Source: Terriglobia bacterium (GTDB lineage Bacteria > Acidobacteriota > Terriglobia > JAJPHL01 > JAPKYU01). Taken from it: a stretch of DNA of 64,000 bases. The position numbers and the translations under genes were made by a program. Positions 9,957 to 20,710 of the stretch are shown here, piece by piece (positions within the stretch are counted from its first letter, which is position 1; each line of letters opens with the position of its first letter). The notes below the pieces were generated by a model. It was not told where the DNA came from. It made no database searches and worked only from the letters and a program-made list of their open reading frames with translations. The stretch lies in the NCBI GenBank assembly GCA_965223005.1, contig CBDCVK010000002.1, positions 32,001-96,000 of the forward strand, given 5' to 3'.

Positions 9957-9980
9957 TCGTGTCCTCCTCGAGTGACGCAC

Positions 9981-10010
9981 AGTGTAGTAGGCTTGTTCTG
10001 GGTAAGTCAA
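9981..10010 (-). promoter_or_regulatory. Sigma70-type promoter for the small TM protein
   Basis: On the minus strand: TTGACT (10010-10005), 18-bp spacer, TACACT (9986-9981). Confidence 0.55.
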
Positions 10011-10279
10011 TGGACTACGCGGTTCAGGTCAAGCGATGACAGGTTATCGGTTACCTTTGCCGAATAGGTCCCCACTAACGGGCTAGTGTTTACCTATGTT
10101 CCAGCTTGGACGGTGTGGGGGCTTGGCGGCCTTCATTTATCGCACAGCTATCGTCACCCCATCTTGGTTGGTATGTCGCAGTTATCAAGTGCCAATCTCG
10201 CTCAGAGCCGAAAATAGGTGGCACGCGGCGTGCTCAGGCGGGGTTGCGTTGCGGATTTATAGGGCCGAACCTATGTAGA

Positions 10280-10354
10280 GAAGAAACGGGATTCATCACC
10301 GGGACAGATATCGTCATCGACGGTGGCCGGATCGCGTGGACCGCTGCCAAGTGA
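10280..10354 (+). pseudogene. C-terminal remnant of an SDR gene
   Basis: EETGFITGTDIVIDGGRIAW is the typical SDR C-terminus. No upstream SDR body is present. Confidence 0.65.
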
Positions 10355-10503
10355 ATTGATTGAGGCGCCTCAGGACGTCGGGACAGCCGCATTTTTTCAC
10401 AGCTTCAGCTGTGTCGTCGCCTCGGACAGGCCCATAAGATTGACGGGGGTAGCGCTAGGATCGGAATTATTTCAAGAGCACAACTTAGGAAAGGGCAACA
10501 TAG

Positions 10504-11547
10504 ATGGTCGTCAAGACAGCCGAAGACTTACGAGCACTCGTCAACCGGATCCTGCTCGCCGCGGGAGCCAGTCAGCGCAACGCGAGCGGAGTTGCCGATC
10601 ATCTGGTGGCGGCAAACCTGGCCGGCGTTGACACACACGGGATTCATCATCTCGGCCGATACGTGAAGATGATCAACGACGGAGTGCTCGCACCGACCGC
10701 CGATCCGGAGGTCGTTCAAGAGGGTCCTACGAGCGCGCTGCTTCGAGGCAACTGGGGGTTCGGCCACGTCACAGCTCGGGATGCCATGGAAGTGGCGATC
10801 CACAAGGCGGAGGAACACGGAGTGGCCGTGGCGGCTATTGTCGAAACGACGCACATCGGCAGGCTCGGGTACTACGTGGAGATGGCGGCTCAGCGGCAGT
10901 TGATTGGGATGGTCTGGGCGGGCGGATACGGCGTAGGAACGCCGGTGGCAGTTCCCTACGGAGGCCGGTCTGCGGTCCTTTCCACGAACCCCGTTTCGAT
11001 CGGCTTTCCGGCGGGAAAGGACTCGTCCATGATGTTCGACTACGCTACAACCGCAATTGCCGGCAGCAAGATCGAGTTGGCGAGTAGCCGAGGGCAGGAA
11101 CTTCCGCCGAACTCGATCGTCGACAAGGACGGCAATCCTACCACGGACACGGCCGCATTCTTCGATGGTGGAGCACACGTGCCCTTCGGCTCGCACAAAG
11201 GTTACGGGCTCATGATGGCAGCCGAGTTTTTCGGGCGCATTCTTACCGGTTCGGATGACTATGCCGACACAGAGCGCGGTGGTCCCGTCATGCGCCACCA
11301 GGGAGGAACCTTGGTGGCGATTCGAGCTGACCTGTTTCAGCCCTTCGACGGCTACACAACTCGCGCGGAGCAGATGCAAGAGCGGGTCCGGGCCATTCCC
11401 CCCGCTCCTGGCTTCAAGGCGGTGCTCGTACCAGGTGACATGGAGTCTACAACCCGTGCGGCACGCCAGCGTGATGGAATTCCGATCCTAGACGACGTGT
11501 GGGAGCGGCTCGTCGAGACCGCTAACTCAGTTGGAGTCACGGTTTAG
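10504..11547 (+). CDS. Ldh-2 (malate/L-lactate/ureidoglycolate dehydrogenase) family oxidoreductase
   Basis: Motifs ANLAGVDTHG, HIGRLGYY, TNPVSIG, D.ATT, FGSHKGYGL and VLVPGD. Confidence 0.93.
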   Translation: MVVKTAEDLRALVNRILLAAGASQRNASGVADHLVAANLAGVDTHGIHHLGRYVKMINDGVLAPTADPEVVQEGPTSALLRGNWGFGHVTARDAMEVAIHKAEEHGVAVAAIVETTHIGRLGYYVEMAAQRQLIGMVWAGGYGVGTPVAVPYGGRSAVLSTNPVSIGFPAGKDSSMMFDYATTAIAGSKIELASSRGQELPPNSIVDKDGNPTTDTAAFFDGGAHVPFGSHKGYGLMMAAEFFGRILTGSDDYADTERGGPVMRHQGGTLVAIRADLFQPFDGYTTRAEQMQERVRAIPPAPGFKAVLVPGDMESTTRAARQRDGIPILDDVWERLVETANSVGVTV

Positions 11548-11679
11548 GCTGAAGTTTGAAACGGGTATAGCGCGCTACGCCTTTGCCGACAGTGTATAGA
11601 CGGTTTTGGGGACGTAGAAGCGAAGCGTGTTGTGCTGGGCGGGACTGGGACAATAAACGACTGACTTTTCACTTGAGAG

Positions 11680-12215
11680 GAGAGATGGTCGGCAACGATG
11701 AGATGTTCAGCGGTGAAATCGGACAGGTCGGCACACAGATGGATGGTCTGGGACACGTGGGTGTCCACATGAAGGGCGACAACTATTTCTATAACGGGTT
11801 CAAGCTCTCCGAGTTCGGCTCAGCCTACGGCCTGAAGAAGCTTGGCGTCGAAAACATCGGGGCATTCTTTACTCGCGGGGTCCTGCTCGACGTGGCTGGA
11901 TTGAAAGGTGTCGAGCGGCTGGACCCGAACTATCTGATCACGCCTGGCGATCTGCAGAAGGCTCCCGACTCAGCAGGGCTGAAAATCGGCATCGGAGACG
12001 TGGTCTTGATCCGTACCGGACACGCCCAGCTTTGGATGAAAGATAACAATACCTACAACGCGAGCGAACCCGGTATCGGCATGGAAGCTGCGCGCTGGAT
12101 CACCGATCGCAAAGTGAGCATGATTGGCGCCGACACCTGGGCCATCGAGCAGATACCCGGCGCGGATCCGGATCGAGAGTTCCCAGTCCATCAACGGACA
12201 ATTACTTCAGGGTAG
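11680..12215 (+). pseudogene. Cyclase (kynurenine formamidase-like) family fragment, truncated at both ends
   Basis: Motifs GTQMDGLGH, RGVLLDV, GDVVLIRTG, EPGIG and GADTWAIE. Stops shortly after PVHQ and lacks the N-terminus. Confidence 0.75.
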
Positions 12216-12245
12216 CTGAGGCCCCATGAAGCAGGGCATACACTC

Positions 12246-14378
12246 ATGATTAGGCGCCTTGACTGGCGAGTAATGGCGATTGTCGCTGCTTTTGTTTCCC
12301 AAGTATTCTTCTTTGTTCCGCTTCAGATATTTCTGAACAACATCACTGAATTCTCAGTGAGCTTCGCTCACTTGTGCTTCTTGTTCCTACTTGCCTCATC
12401 CGGTTTGATTGCCGTCTTATACTTTGCTGCCGGCAAGCTTCCCGCTCAGATATTCTTGGCTGCCGTTACATTCCTCAGCGTCGTGGCTTTCATTGAATCC
12501 AAGATATTGTTTGGTTTCGCGAGACACCGACCCTTTGACGGAACATTGATTGATTGGGAAGCACTGAGTACGCTCTCGAATATAGAAATAGCCTCAATCC
12601 TCAGCCTTGCACTTCTGGTTGTTGTATTCAGGAGACGCCAGGAACTGTTCTATTCTGTCTCACTCTTCATACTGCTATTCCATGGCATCGGGTTCCTTCA
12701 TGCGACGATTACCGGGTTTGATTCGATTCGACAGTCCGCAAGAACCTTTCAAGATCTATCTCCTTACTTTAGAGATTGTTATCGCTTATCCAGAGAGCGC
12801 AACGTCATTCACATTGTGCCGGATAACACCCCGGGTGCCCTGATGTACGAGATTGTGACTTCTGACTTCGATCGATACTCCGAAGTGTTCGATGGTTTCA
12901 CTTTGTTTACTCGTGCTGCCGGGCGCTATCCACGCAGTTTTGCTTCGATTTCATTTTTCATGACAGGCCGGGGCCCCAACCCTGGGAGGGACTTTGTTCC
13001 CTCTTTGCCTTTCACTCGTAAGTACATCTGGAGGACTCTCAACGAACACTCCATCGTTAACACGTTGGCCCTGCATGATTTCAGGACGTTCGCCTATCAG
13101 TGGCGCGGTTCCTATTGTGCAGGGAGTTACACGGCCTGTACGGCTGGGGACGTTTTCCACGGACAGACGATTAGTTCGGGAAAAGCCACTCACACGGGAC
13201 GGGTCGGTCTTGACCTTGTGGATATTGCCTTATTTCAGGTCACGCCGGTTCTGATTCGTCGTTACATCCATAATGACGAACGGTGGTTTCTGTCCCGTCT
13301 GGTGAAAACGACGCGTACCTATTCGGCCATCTTTGATCTGTTTCTCGAAAACATGACGACCGACGAGCGTGCAGGCTCTTACAACTATTTCCATGTTGCG
13401 GGGGGGCATTCTCCAATACTGTTTGACGAGAACTGTGCCTACGTTGGGACGCAAAAAGGGAACTACGAAAACATACGCGCGCAGGTCACCTGCACCTTAT
13501 TGCAACTTGAACGCTTGGTCCAAAAGCTCAAGCAACTGGGCATTTATGATGAAACTATGATCATCATGCACAGCGATCACGGCAACCCATGGCTCACCCC
13601 ATCGTTGAACTCTGTGGGGGACGCGGTTATACTCCCACGTGTGAGTGGGGGTGCAAACCCTGCTATATTGGTGAAACCGCCAAAAATGCGGGGACTCCTA
13701 AGATTCTCACGTGCCCCAGTGAGCATAGGTGACGTCCCGGCGACGATCAACGATGCTTTTGGACTGGATGGCCAATTTCCGGGTATTCCCATGCTTAGTG
13801 TTAGTGAGACATCTGAGCGTGAACGCGTATTCCTTTGGTATGAACTTGAACCTGGAGGCCCCTGGGAAGATGTTCTGGAGGCGCTTCCCAAGGTTGTGCG
13901 CTATCGCATTCGTGGCGATCTATTCAGTCGCGAAGCCTGGATTCTGCCTTCCCCATCCGATCTAGAAGAGGCCCCTGCGGCCTTGACAATGGATCACCCG
14001 CGCTTTTCGCGTTTCGCTCTAGGTTTCAGTACACTTTGGGACCGAGAACGGCCAAAGCGCTGGGTTGAGGGTGCGCTAGCCCGCGCCCATCTTTCTTTCC
14101 CGACCGAAGGCAAGGCTCAGCTTGTGTTCGACACCGACCTACCCCCATGGATCACTGGGCAATCAATGGAAGTTTCCGTCAATGACCTAATCGTCGCTAA
14201 ATTGGACGAGCAAGACTTGGCTGGAAGCAAAAGACACGTCATCTCAGTGCCGCACGACCTGCCCCGCAGAAAGGTCAATGTTATCGAATTTGCTATGGGA
14301 AAAGCAGCAAATCCTGGTAACGATAACCGCCTTTTGTCAGTGGTATTTGCTTATGTCGGACTGGAACCGCTGGAGTAG
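12246..14378 (+). CDS. Membrane-anchored sulfatase-like hydrolase/transferase (LTA-synthase-like)
   Basis: About 5 N-terminal TM helices, then NVIHIVPD, H..GGHSP and IIMHSDHG alkaline-phosphatase-superfamily motifs. Looks lower in GC than its neighbours. Confidence 0.75.
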   Translation: MIRRLDWRVMAIVAAFVSQVFFFVPLQIFLNNITEFSVSFAHLCFLFLLASSGLIAVLYFAAGKLPAQIFLAAVTFLSVVAFIESKILFGFARHRPFDGTLIDWEALSTLSNIEIASILSLALLVVVFRRRQELFYSVSLFILLFHGIGFLHATITGFDSIRQSARTFQDLSPYFRDCYRLSRERNVIHIVPDNTPGALMYEIVTSDFDRYSEVFDGFTLFTRAAGRYPRSFASISFFMTGRGPNPGRDFVPSLPFTRKYIWRTLNEHSIVNTLALHDFRTFAYQWRGSYCAGSYTACTAGDVFHGQTISSGKATHTGRVGLDLVDIALFQVTPVLIRRYIHNDERWFLSRLVKTTRTYSAIFDLFLENMTTDERAGSYNYFHVAGGHSPILFDENCAYVGTQKGNYENIRAQVTCTLLQLERLVQKLKQLGIYDETMIIMHSDHGNPWLTPSLNSVGDAVILPRVSGGANPAILVKPPKMRGLLRFSRAPVSIGDVPATINDAFGLDGQFPGIPMLSVSETSERERVFLWYELEPGGPWEDVLEALPKVVRYRIRGDLFSREAWILPSPSDLEEAPAALTMDHPRFSRFALGFSTLWDRERPKRWVEGALARAHLSFPTEGKAQLVFDTDLPPWITGQSMEVSVNDLIVAKLDEQDLAGSKRHVISVPHDLPRRKVNVIEFAMGKAANPGNDNRLLSVVFAYVGLEPLE

Positions 14379-14697
14379 CGGCGACTGGCGCCTTCCTGTG
14401 TTAACTGGCCTGTGTCCGGTCCTGGATACCCTACACCCAGACTCACGCCTCTGTGCGAAGGCGCAGTTTCGAGCTACGGCAGCTTCCCAATCCTCGAAGA
14501 AGTCCTCTCGCCGGACGCTAACGCAGCTTTTCGAGCGCCCGTAGGGAATTATGACTGTAGTAAGCGTAGTAGCTTTATAGAGGGTATGGGGCAAAGGGCA
14601 CCTGTGGACGTGGACGATTCCCGCCTATGTATCCCCTTCTACTACTTACTACAGTTACTACCGGTTGATATGGCTTAACAAAAGGTGAGGATGCATC

Positions 14698-17600
14698 ATG
14701 AAAAGACGAGAATTTCTGGGGCTTTCAATGGCTCTCGCAAGTGTTGCCTTCGGACAGAACAAGCAGAGTACGAAGACATGGAAAGAAAAAGGGCATCGGC
14801 TGATCCTGTGCAACGATGGTGGAACGCTGGCAGGGCCCTCCCTGGAAGCCCCGATCGGCGCGGAAGGCCTTGCCCGCCTGACCATTGATCGGCTGAGAGA
14901 CACTCAGGTCGACACGCTCTATTGGCAACTTGGCACCGACCCGTATCTGGGCACGCCTTCCCACCGTCTCTCCGACTTTTATTCGCACAACACCAAGGTA
15001 GGTCCGCGGTGGGGGGACGGTATGAAGCGTTTTTCTAAAGCGGGAGAGTGGCGGATCTATGAAAACACCAGACAGATGATTCAGCAGGGAACCGACCCGG
15101 CTGCGGTGGTCATCGATTACGGTCACCAAGCAGGATTGGAGGTTTTTCTGTCCATGCGTGTCAACGATACGCACGACTCGAGACTGAAGGGCAAGCTAAA
15201 CGACCCTCTCATGTCGCCCATGAAACGCAATAACACCAAATGGATCCTGGGAGGAAGCGGGCGGTCCCGCACCGCCTATAACTTTGCCATTCCCGAGGTC
15301 CGAGCGTATCGCTTGGCCCTGGCCGAGGAGGCAATTGCCAACTACGATCTGGACGGACTGGATTGGGACTTTTGCCGATCCAAAACTCTCTTCCCGACGA
15401 AGCCCGGGCGCGAAACGGAAAAGTACGCCCCCTTGCTGACGGACCTCATGCGCCGCCTAAGAGTGGCTCTTGAAAAGAAAAGTAAGCAAGTGGGGAGAAA
15501 ACTCCACTTTTCGGCTCGCGTACCAGGTACATTCAAGCAGGCTCTTTCCTACGGGATCGATGTGAAAACATGGCTGGATGAGGGGTTGATTGACGTGGTA
15601 ATCGTCGGCCAAGAATTCGGGTATAGGCATCGTCTTCCTGTTGAAGAGTATGTTAAGGCGACAAGGGGCACCGGTGTCCAGGTAATTGCACAAAACCTGG
15701 GATTGTTCATGCAGCGTCGGCCGTGGTCGGCTCGCGTATTATGGAACGAACGCGATTATTATTCGCTCCAGATGTGCAGGGCGACCGCGGCCAGTCACTG
15801 GCGCGCCGGGGCAGATGGCATTTATCTGTTTAACAATCATCTCATCGAATTCGCGCGAGACGCCAATTATGATCGCCAGCCCTGGAAAGAGATTGCCGAT
15901 CCTGATTTGATTGCCAGGAAGGATAAGCACTACTTGGTAGATCAGCGAGAGAGGGGTGGTGGTCCGCTGCCGGTAACCCTGGGGAAGCCAGGCGATGAGG
16001 CAAAGATATCGATCGATATCGCGGATGTGGGCTTGATCCGGTTTCGTGGACACGTTCCGAAAGGCGGATACGATGTCCAGAATGGGATCAACGAAGGCAG
16101 GGAGACGGGCGCGACGACAGTTCAGTGAGGAGTTCCGGATCGGAGCCGTTCGGCTGGTCTTGGATGCGGGCAAGACGGTCGGCGCCGTCGCGCGCGAGTT
16201 GGATCTGACGCCATCGGCCCTGGCGCAGTGGGTGAAGCAGGCACGTGCCGATCGGACGAAGGGCAAGACGGGGCTGACGACCGAGGAGCGCGCCGAGCTG
16301 GCGCGCCTACGCAAAGACAATCGCGAGCTGCGGATGGAGCGCGACGTCCTAAAAAAAGCCACGGCCTTCTTCGCGAAGGACCACCTGTGAAGTTCGCGTG
16401 GATCCAGGCGGAGAAGGCCACCTACCCGCTCACGAAGCTCTGCCGCTGGCTCGACGTCACGCGGAGTGGCTTTTACGCCTGGCGCGCGCGTCCAGAAGAC
16501 GCATGCACGCGAGGATCGCCGGCTGACCGTGCTGGTGCGGGCGTCGTTTGAGGCGAGCAAGCAGCGCTACGGCAGCCCGCGCGTTCACGAGGATCTCCTT
16601 GAGCAGGAGGAGCACGTCAGCCGCAAACGGGTCGTGCGCCTGATGCAGAAAGGCGGGCTGAAGGCGCGGCGGCGCAAGCGGTACAAGCTCACCACGATGA
16701 GTGATCACGATCAACCGGTGGCGGCCAATCTCCTGGACCGACACTTTGAGGCGGCCGCGCCGAATCAACGGTGGGTCGGCGACACGACGGAGTTCGTCAT
16801 CGGCGGCAGCGGGAAGCTCTACCTTGCGGCGATCTTGGATCTGTTCTCCCGGTTCATCGTGGGATGGGCCGGAGCGCCGTCAACGACCGCCATCTGACCA
16901 TCAAGGCGCTCCAGATGGCGCTGAAGCGACGCTGCCCCGACGCCGGTCTGCTGCACCATTCCGACCAGGGCGGCACCTATGCGAGCGAGGACTACCAAGA
17001 CGTGCTCGACACACACGGTATCATCTGTAGCATGAGCCGCCGGGGCAATTGCTACGACAATGCCGTGATGGAAAGCTTCTTCTCGACGGTCAAGAGCGAA
17101 CTCCGCGAGCACTTCGACAGCAACGGCGAGGCCAAGATGGAGTTATTCGACTACATCGAAGTGTTCTATAACCAGCGGCGGCGCCACTCGACGCTCGGCC
17201 AGATCAGTCCGGCCGCCTTCGAGCGACGCGTGGCGGCGTAGGGCATGGACGCTGCCGTCCCTGTGGACGCGGAAAACGCGTCCACGAGTGACTTGGATCG
17301 ACCGCACAGAACGCGGTTTCCCACAGCGTCCGCACCCATTATCGCGTTCATGAAAGGAAGAAAAAAGAGAGAGACTCAACCAACGTAACTAAACCGTCCC
17401 TGAATCGGATCAGGCTCAGATGCTCTCGCTTCGGCCGTGCAGGATGGCGCCCTTAAAGGGGTGACGTTGCGGCTTCTGATCGAACACCTTACGGCTTTGG
17501 ATACGCTGGAGTTCGATTTGAATGGCAAGTTGCTGGACACCGCCTCGGCCCGGAAGCGACTCCTCTACAACGACTGCTGGTTGGACTTCGATGTTTTCCC

Positions 17601-17727
17601 GCCGGTTCTGAAGCAGGGTTGGAACAACCTGAAGGTGAAGGTCGAGTCCCGGAACCCTCGCGTTAGCGCGAAGCTCACCCTGAGGAGCGTTGAGGTGTTG
17701 GTGCGCTATGCGGAAGAAGAGGGTTAA
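14698..17727 (+). pseudogene. Tat-exported glycoside hydrolase-like (GHL10-type TIM barrel) gene interrupted by IS3
   Basis: MKRREFL twin-Arg signal plus NDGG, SMRVNDTH and YDLDGLDWDFCR. Removing the IS and one GATG restores ...IADALASAVQDG... in frame with ORF 17437..17727. Confidence 0.85.
16028..17418 (+). mobile_element. IS3-family element, copy 1, with 4-bp target duplication GATG
   Basis: TG..CA ends (TGGGCTTGATCCGGTTTCGTGGAC / reverse complement TGAGCCTGATCCGATTCAGGGAC). OrfA HTH at 16073-16390 and OrfB DDE (WVGDTT, HHSDQG, DNAVMESFF) with indels. GATG at 16024-27 and 17419-22. Confidence 0.96.
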
Positions 17728-17921
17728 AGCTGTTCCATTGTGGTGTCCCTAGTATCGGCTACGAAACGGCTTAGCATCGGCTTCTGCTAAATCGCTGTGG
17801 CCGACACTGGTGAAAGCCTTCCTGACTGACAGGCGGCATTGTAGGCAACATTGGAAAGGAAGTCGGGAGTCACATTCAGACGCCCCCTGAGAGCACCCCT
17901 CCCCCCTTGTTCAGCAACTGC

Positions 17922-18030
17922 GTGATCCGACTGATGGGACATTTCAGTGTGACCGTTTCTCAACGGTACGTACCCTCATCGCCTGAAGCTCTGGAACGTG
18001 TCTTTGAGCGGCTGGATGCCTTGAATGGGG
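17922..18030 (+). pseudogene. C-terminal remnant of a tyrosine integrase pointing at the 5' end of tRNA-Leu
   Basis: IRLMGHFSVTVSQRYVPSSPEALERVFERL matches the box II L.GH....T..Y motif. Confidence 0.7.
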
Positions 18031-18078
18031 AAACTGGTAAGCGGGTGCATGGGGGTAAATCGGCCCTGGGCAGCTTGC

Positions 18079-18103
18079 CACCCGCTACAGTTTCCGCTAC
18101 AGT
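18079..18103 (+). repeat. Tandem CGCTACA motif (putative integrase arm-type site), shared with 62327-62351
   Basis: CACCCGCTACAGTTTCCGCTACAGT vs CACCCGCTACATTTCTCGCTACAGT, 22/25 identical. Confidence 0.65.
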
Positions 18104-18153
18104 CCAAGAAGTGGCAGAGGTACAGCGCACCGAAGACCCTTAAATTTCAACAC

Positions 18154-18239
18154 GCCTGGGTGGCGGAACTGGCAGACGCAAGGGACTTAAAATCCCTTGG
18201 CCCCAAAGGGCCGTGCGGGTTCGACTCCCGCCCCGGGCA
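18154..18239 (+). tRNA. tRNA-Leu (anticodon TAA)
   Basis: Acceptor GCCTGGG/CCCGGGC, D-loop TGGCAGAC, anticodon arm AGGGA-CTTAAAA-TCCCT, long variable arm and GGTTCGACTCC. CCA is not fully encoded. Confidence 0.96.
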
Positions 18240-18339
18240 CTTTTCTTTCTTGAACTTAGCGGGATCACAGTCGGACCAGAATCACAGAAATCTGCTCCGA
18301 CTTTGACCGTACTTTGACACTTCTCTCGCGAGGTGGGCG

Positions 18340-19211
18340 TCATTGGATCACCGCGGAGACCTGTACTTCCTGAGCTGCCTTCGCCTGTGCCTCCTGGAGC
18401 ACTGCGAGCTTGGAGACAGCATGCGAAAGGTCGGCCTCGCTGACTATGGCGTATCGGCGATACATGCTCTCTGTCTTGTGGCCCGTCAACACCATGGCCT
18501 GAGAACGCGGCACTCCCGCCTTCTCTAGGCGACGAACGGCAGATCGCCGGAAGTCATGCACCCACCGACCAGGAATACCGGCAGTCTCGCACGCCTTTTG
18601 CCACGCCTTGTAGAAGCTTTTGATTGGGCGTCCGTTTCTGTGGAAGACCCAGGACACAATCTGGGAAGTGGTGCGCTCGACTGTCCTCGTTCTTTCACGC
18701 TGGCGCAGTAAGAGTGATTCTAGAGCAGGAAGGCCCCCAAAGGGGAAGACGCGCCCCTCATCGTTCTTGGTGGTTCCGGGGTGGAGCCGGATGGTTTTCT
18801 CGTTCCAATCAATCTGAGCCCAATGAAGTGGCCGGACTTCTCCGATCCGCCAGCCCGTCAGGTAACAGAATTCAACTACGGGCTGTATGTCTTCAGGCAG
18901 GAAACCAAGGACCTTGCGGAACTCGGATTCGTCAAAGAAGGCCTTCCGAACGTTGTGAATCTCAATATGCGGAATATTCGGTCGTCGGTCCAGCTTATCG
19001 GCTTCGATAGCGATCGTAAACATCCGCTTGAGGATGGCCAGCTCGTAGGCGATCGTTGCTGGGGCAATCGGCACCTCTTGCCGAGAGACGATGTAGCGGG
19101 TGATTTGATCCTTGGTAATGTCCAGAGCGCGAGACAAACCGAAAAAGTCCTCCAGATTCCTGATTGCGCGTTCTGCTCGATCCAAAGACTTGTTGCCCTG
19201 CACCTTGTAAT
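18340..19211 (-). pseudogene. Phage-type tyrosine integrase, N-terminus removed at the IS3 copy 2 boundary
   Basis: TGWRIGE, TKNDEGR, HDFRR and LTGHKTESMYRRY catalytic motifs are intact. The gene ends about 100 bp from the tRNA 3' end. The listed ORF's N-terminus is IS sequence. Confidence 0.9.
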
Positions 19212-20607
19212 TGGGCTTGATCCGGTTTCGTGGACACGTTCCGAAAGGCGGATACGATGTCCAGAATGGGATCAACGAAGGCAGGGAGACGGGCGCGACG
19301 ACAGTTCAGTGAGGAGTTCCGGATCGGAGCCGTTCGGCTGGTCTTGGATGCGGGCAAGACGGTCGGCGCCGTCGCGCGCGAGTTGGATCTGACGCCATCG
19401 GCCCTGGCGCAGTGGGTGAAGCAGGCACGTGCCGATCGGACGAAGGGCAAGACGGGGCTGACGACCGAGGAGCGCGCCGAGCTGGCGCGCCTACGCAAAG
19501 ACAATCGCGAGCTGCGGATGGAGCGCGACGTCCTAAAAAAAGCCACGGCCTTCTTCGCGAAGGACCACCTGTGAAGTTCGCGTGGATCCAGGCGGAGAAG
19601 GCCACCTACCCGCTCACGAAGCTCTGCCGCTGGCTCGACGTCACGCGGAGTGGCTTTTACGCCTGGCGCGCGCGTCCAGAATCAACGCATGCACGCGAGG
19701 ATCGCCGGCTGACCGTGCTGGTGCGGGCGTCGTTTGAGGCGAGCAAGCAGCGCTACGGCAGCCCGCGCGTTCACGAGGATCTCCTTGAGCAGGAGGAGCA
19801 CGTCAGCCGCAAACGGGTCGTGCGCCTGATGCAGAAAGACGGGCTGAAGGCGCGGCGGCGCAAGCGGTACAAGCTCACCACGATGAGTGATCACGATCAA
19901 CCGGTGGCGGCCAATCTCCTGGACCGACACTTTGAGGCGGCCGCGCCGAATCAACGGTGGGTCGGCGACACGACGGAGTTCGTCATCGGCGGCAGCGGGA
20001 AGCTCTACCTTGCGGCGATCTTGGATCTGTTCTCCCGGTTCATCGTGGGATGGGCCGTGAGCGCCGTCAACGACCGCCATCTGACCATCAAGGCGCTCCA
20101 GATGGCGCTGAAGCGCCGCTGCCCCGACGCCGGTCTGCTGCACCATTCCGACCAGGGCGGCACCTATGCGAGCGCGAGGACTACCAAGACGTGCTCGACA
20201 CACACGGTATCATCTGTAGCATGAGCCGCCGGGGCAATTGCTACGACAATGCCGTGATGGAAAGCTTCTTCTCGACGGTCAAGAGCGAACTCCGCGAGCA
20301 CTTCGACAGCAACGGCGAGGCCAAGATGGAGTTATTCGACTACATCGAAGTGTTCTATAACCAGCGGCGGCGCCACTCGACGCTCGGCCAGATCAGTCCG
20401 GCCGCCTTCGAGCGACGCGTGGCGGCGTAGGGCATGGACGCTGCCGTCCCTGTGGACGCGGAAAACGCGTCCACGAGTGACTTGGAAAACCGCACAGAAC
20501 GCGGTTTCCCACAGCGTCCACACCCATTATCGCGTTCATGAAAGGAAGAAAAAAGAGAGAGACTCAACCAACGTAACTAAACCGTCCACTGAATCGGATC
20601 AGGCTCA
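19212..20607 (+). mobile_element. IS3-family element, copy 2 (near-identical to 16028-17418), no target duplication
   Basis: Same IRs and ORFs as copy 1. Flanks TAAT and GTCC differ, consistent with an adjacent deletion. Confidence 0.96.
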
Positions 20608-20710
20608 GTCCAACTCGCTGGAGCAAAGTGCGCACGGAGTCGGTTCTGTATTATCGGTTGGAGTCAAGTTCGTGATGTAAGTTTCAAGACCCTGAGGCTT
20701 GGACACACTT

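Noticed and set aside
19212-19275. N-terminus MIPFWTSYPPFGTCPRNRIKP of the listed 311-aa integrase ORF
   Set aside because: It is the reverse complement of the IS3 left end, not integrase sequence.
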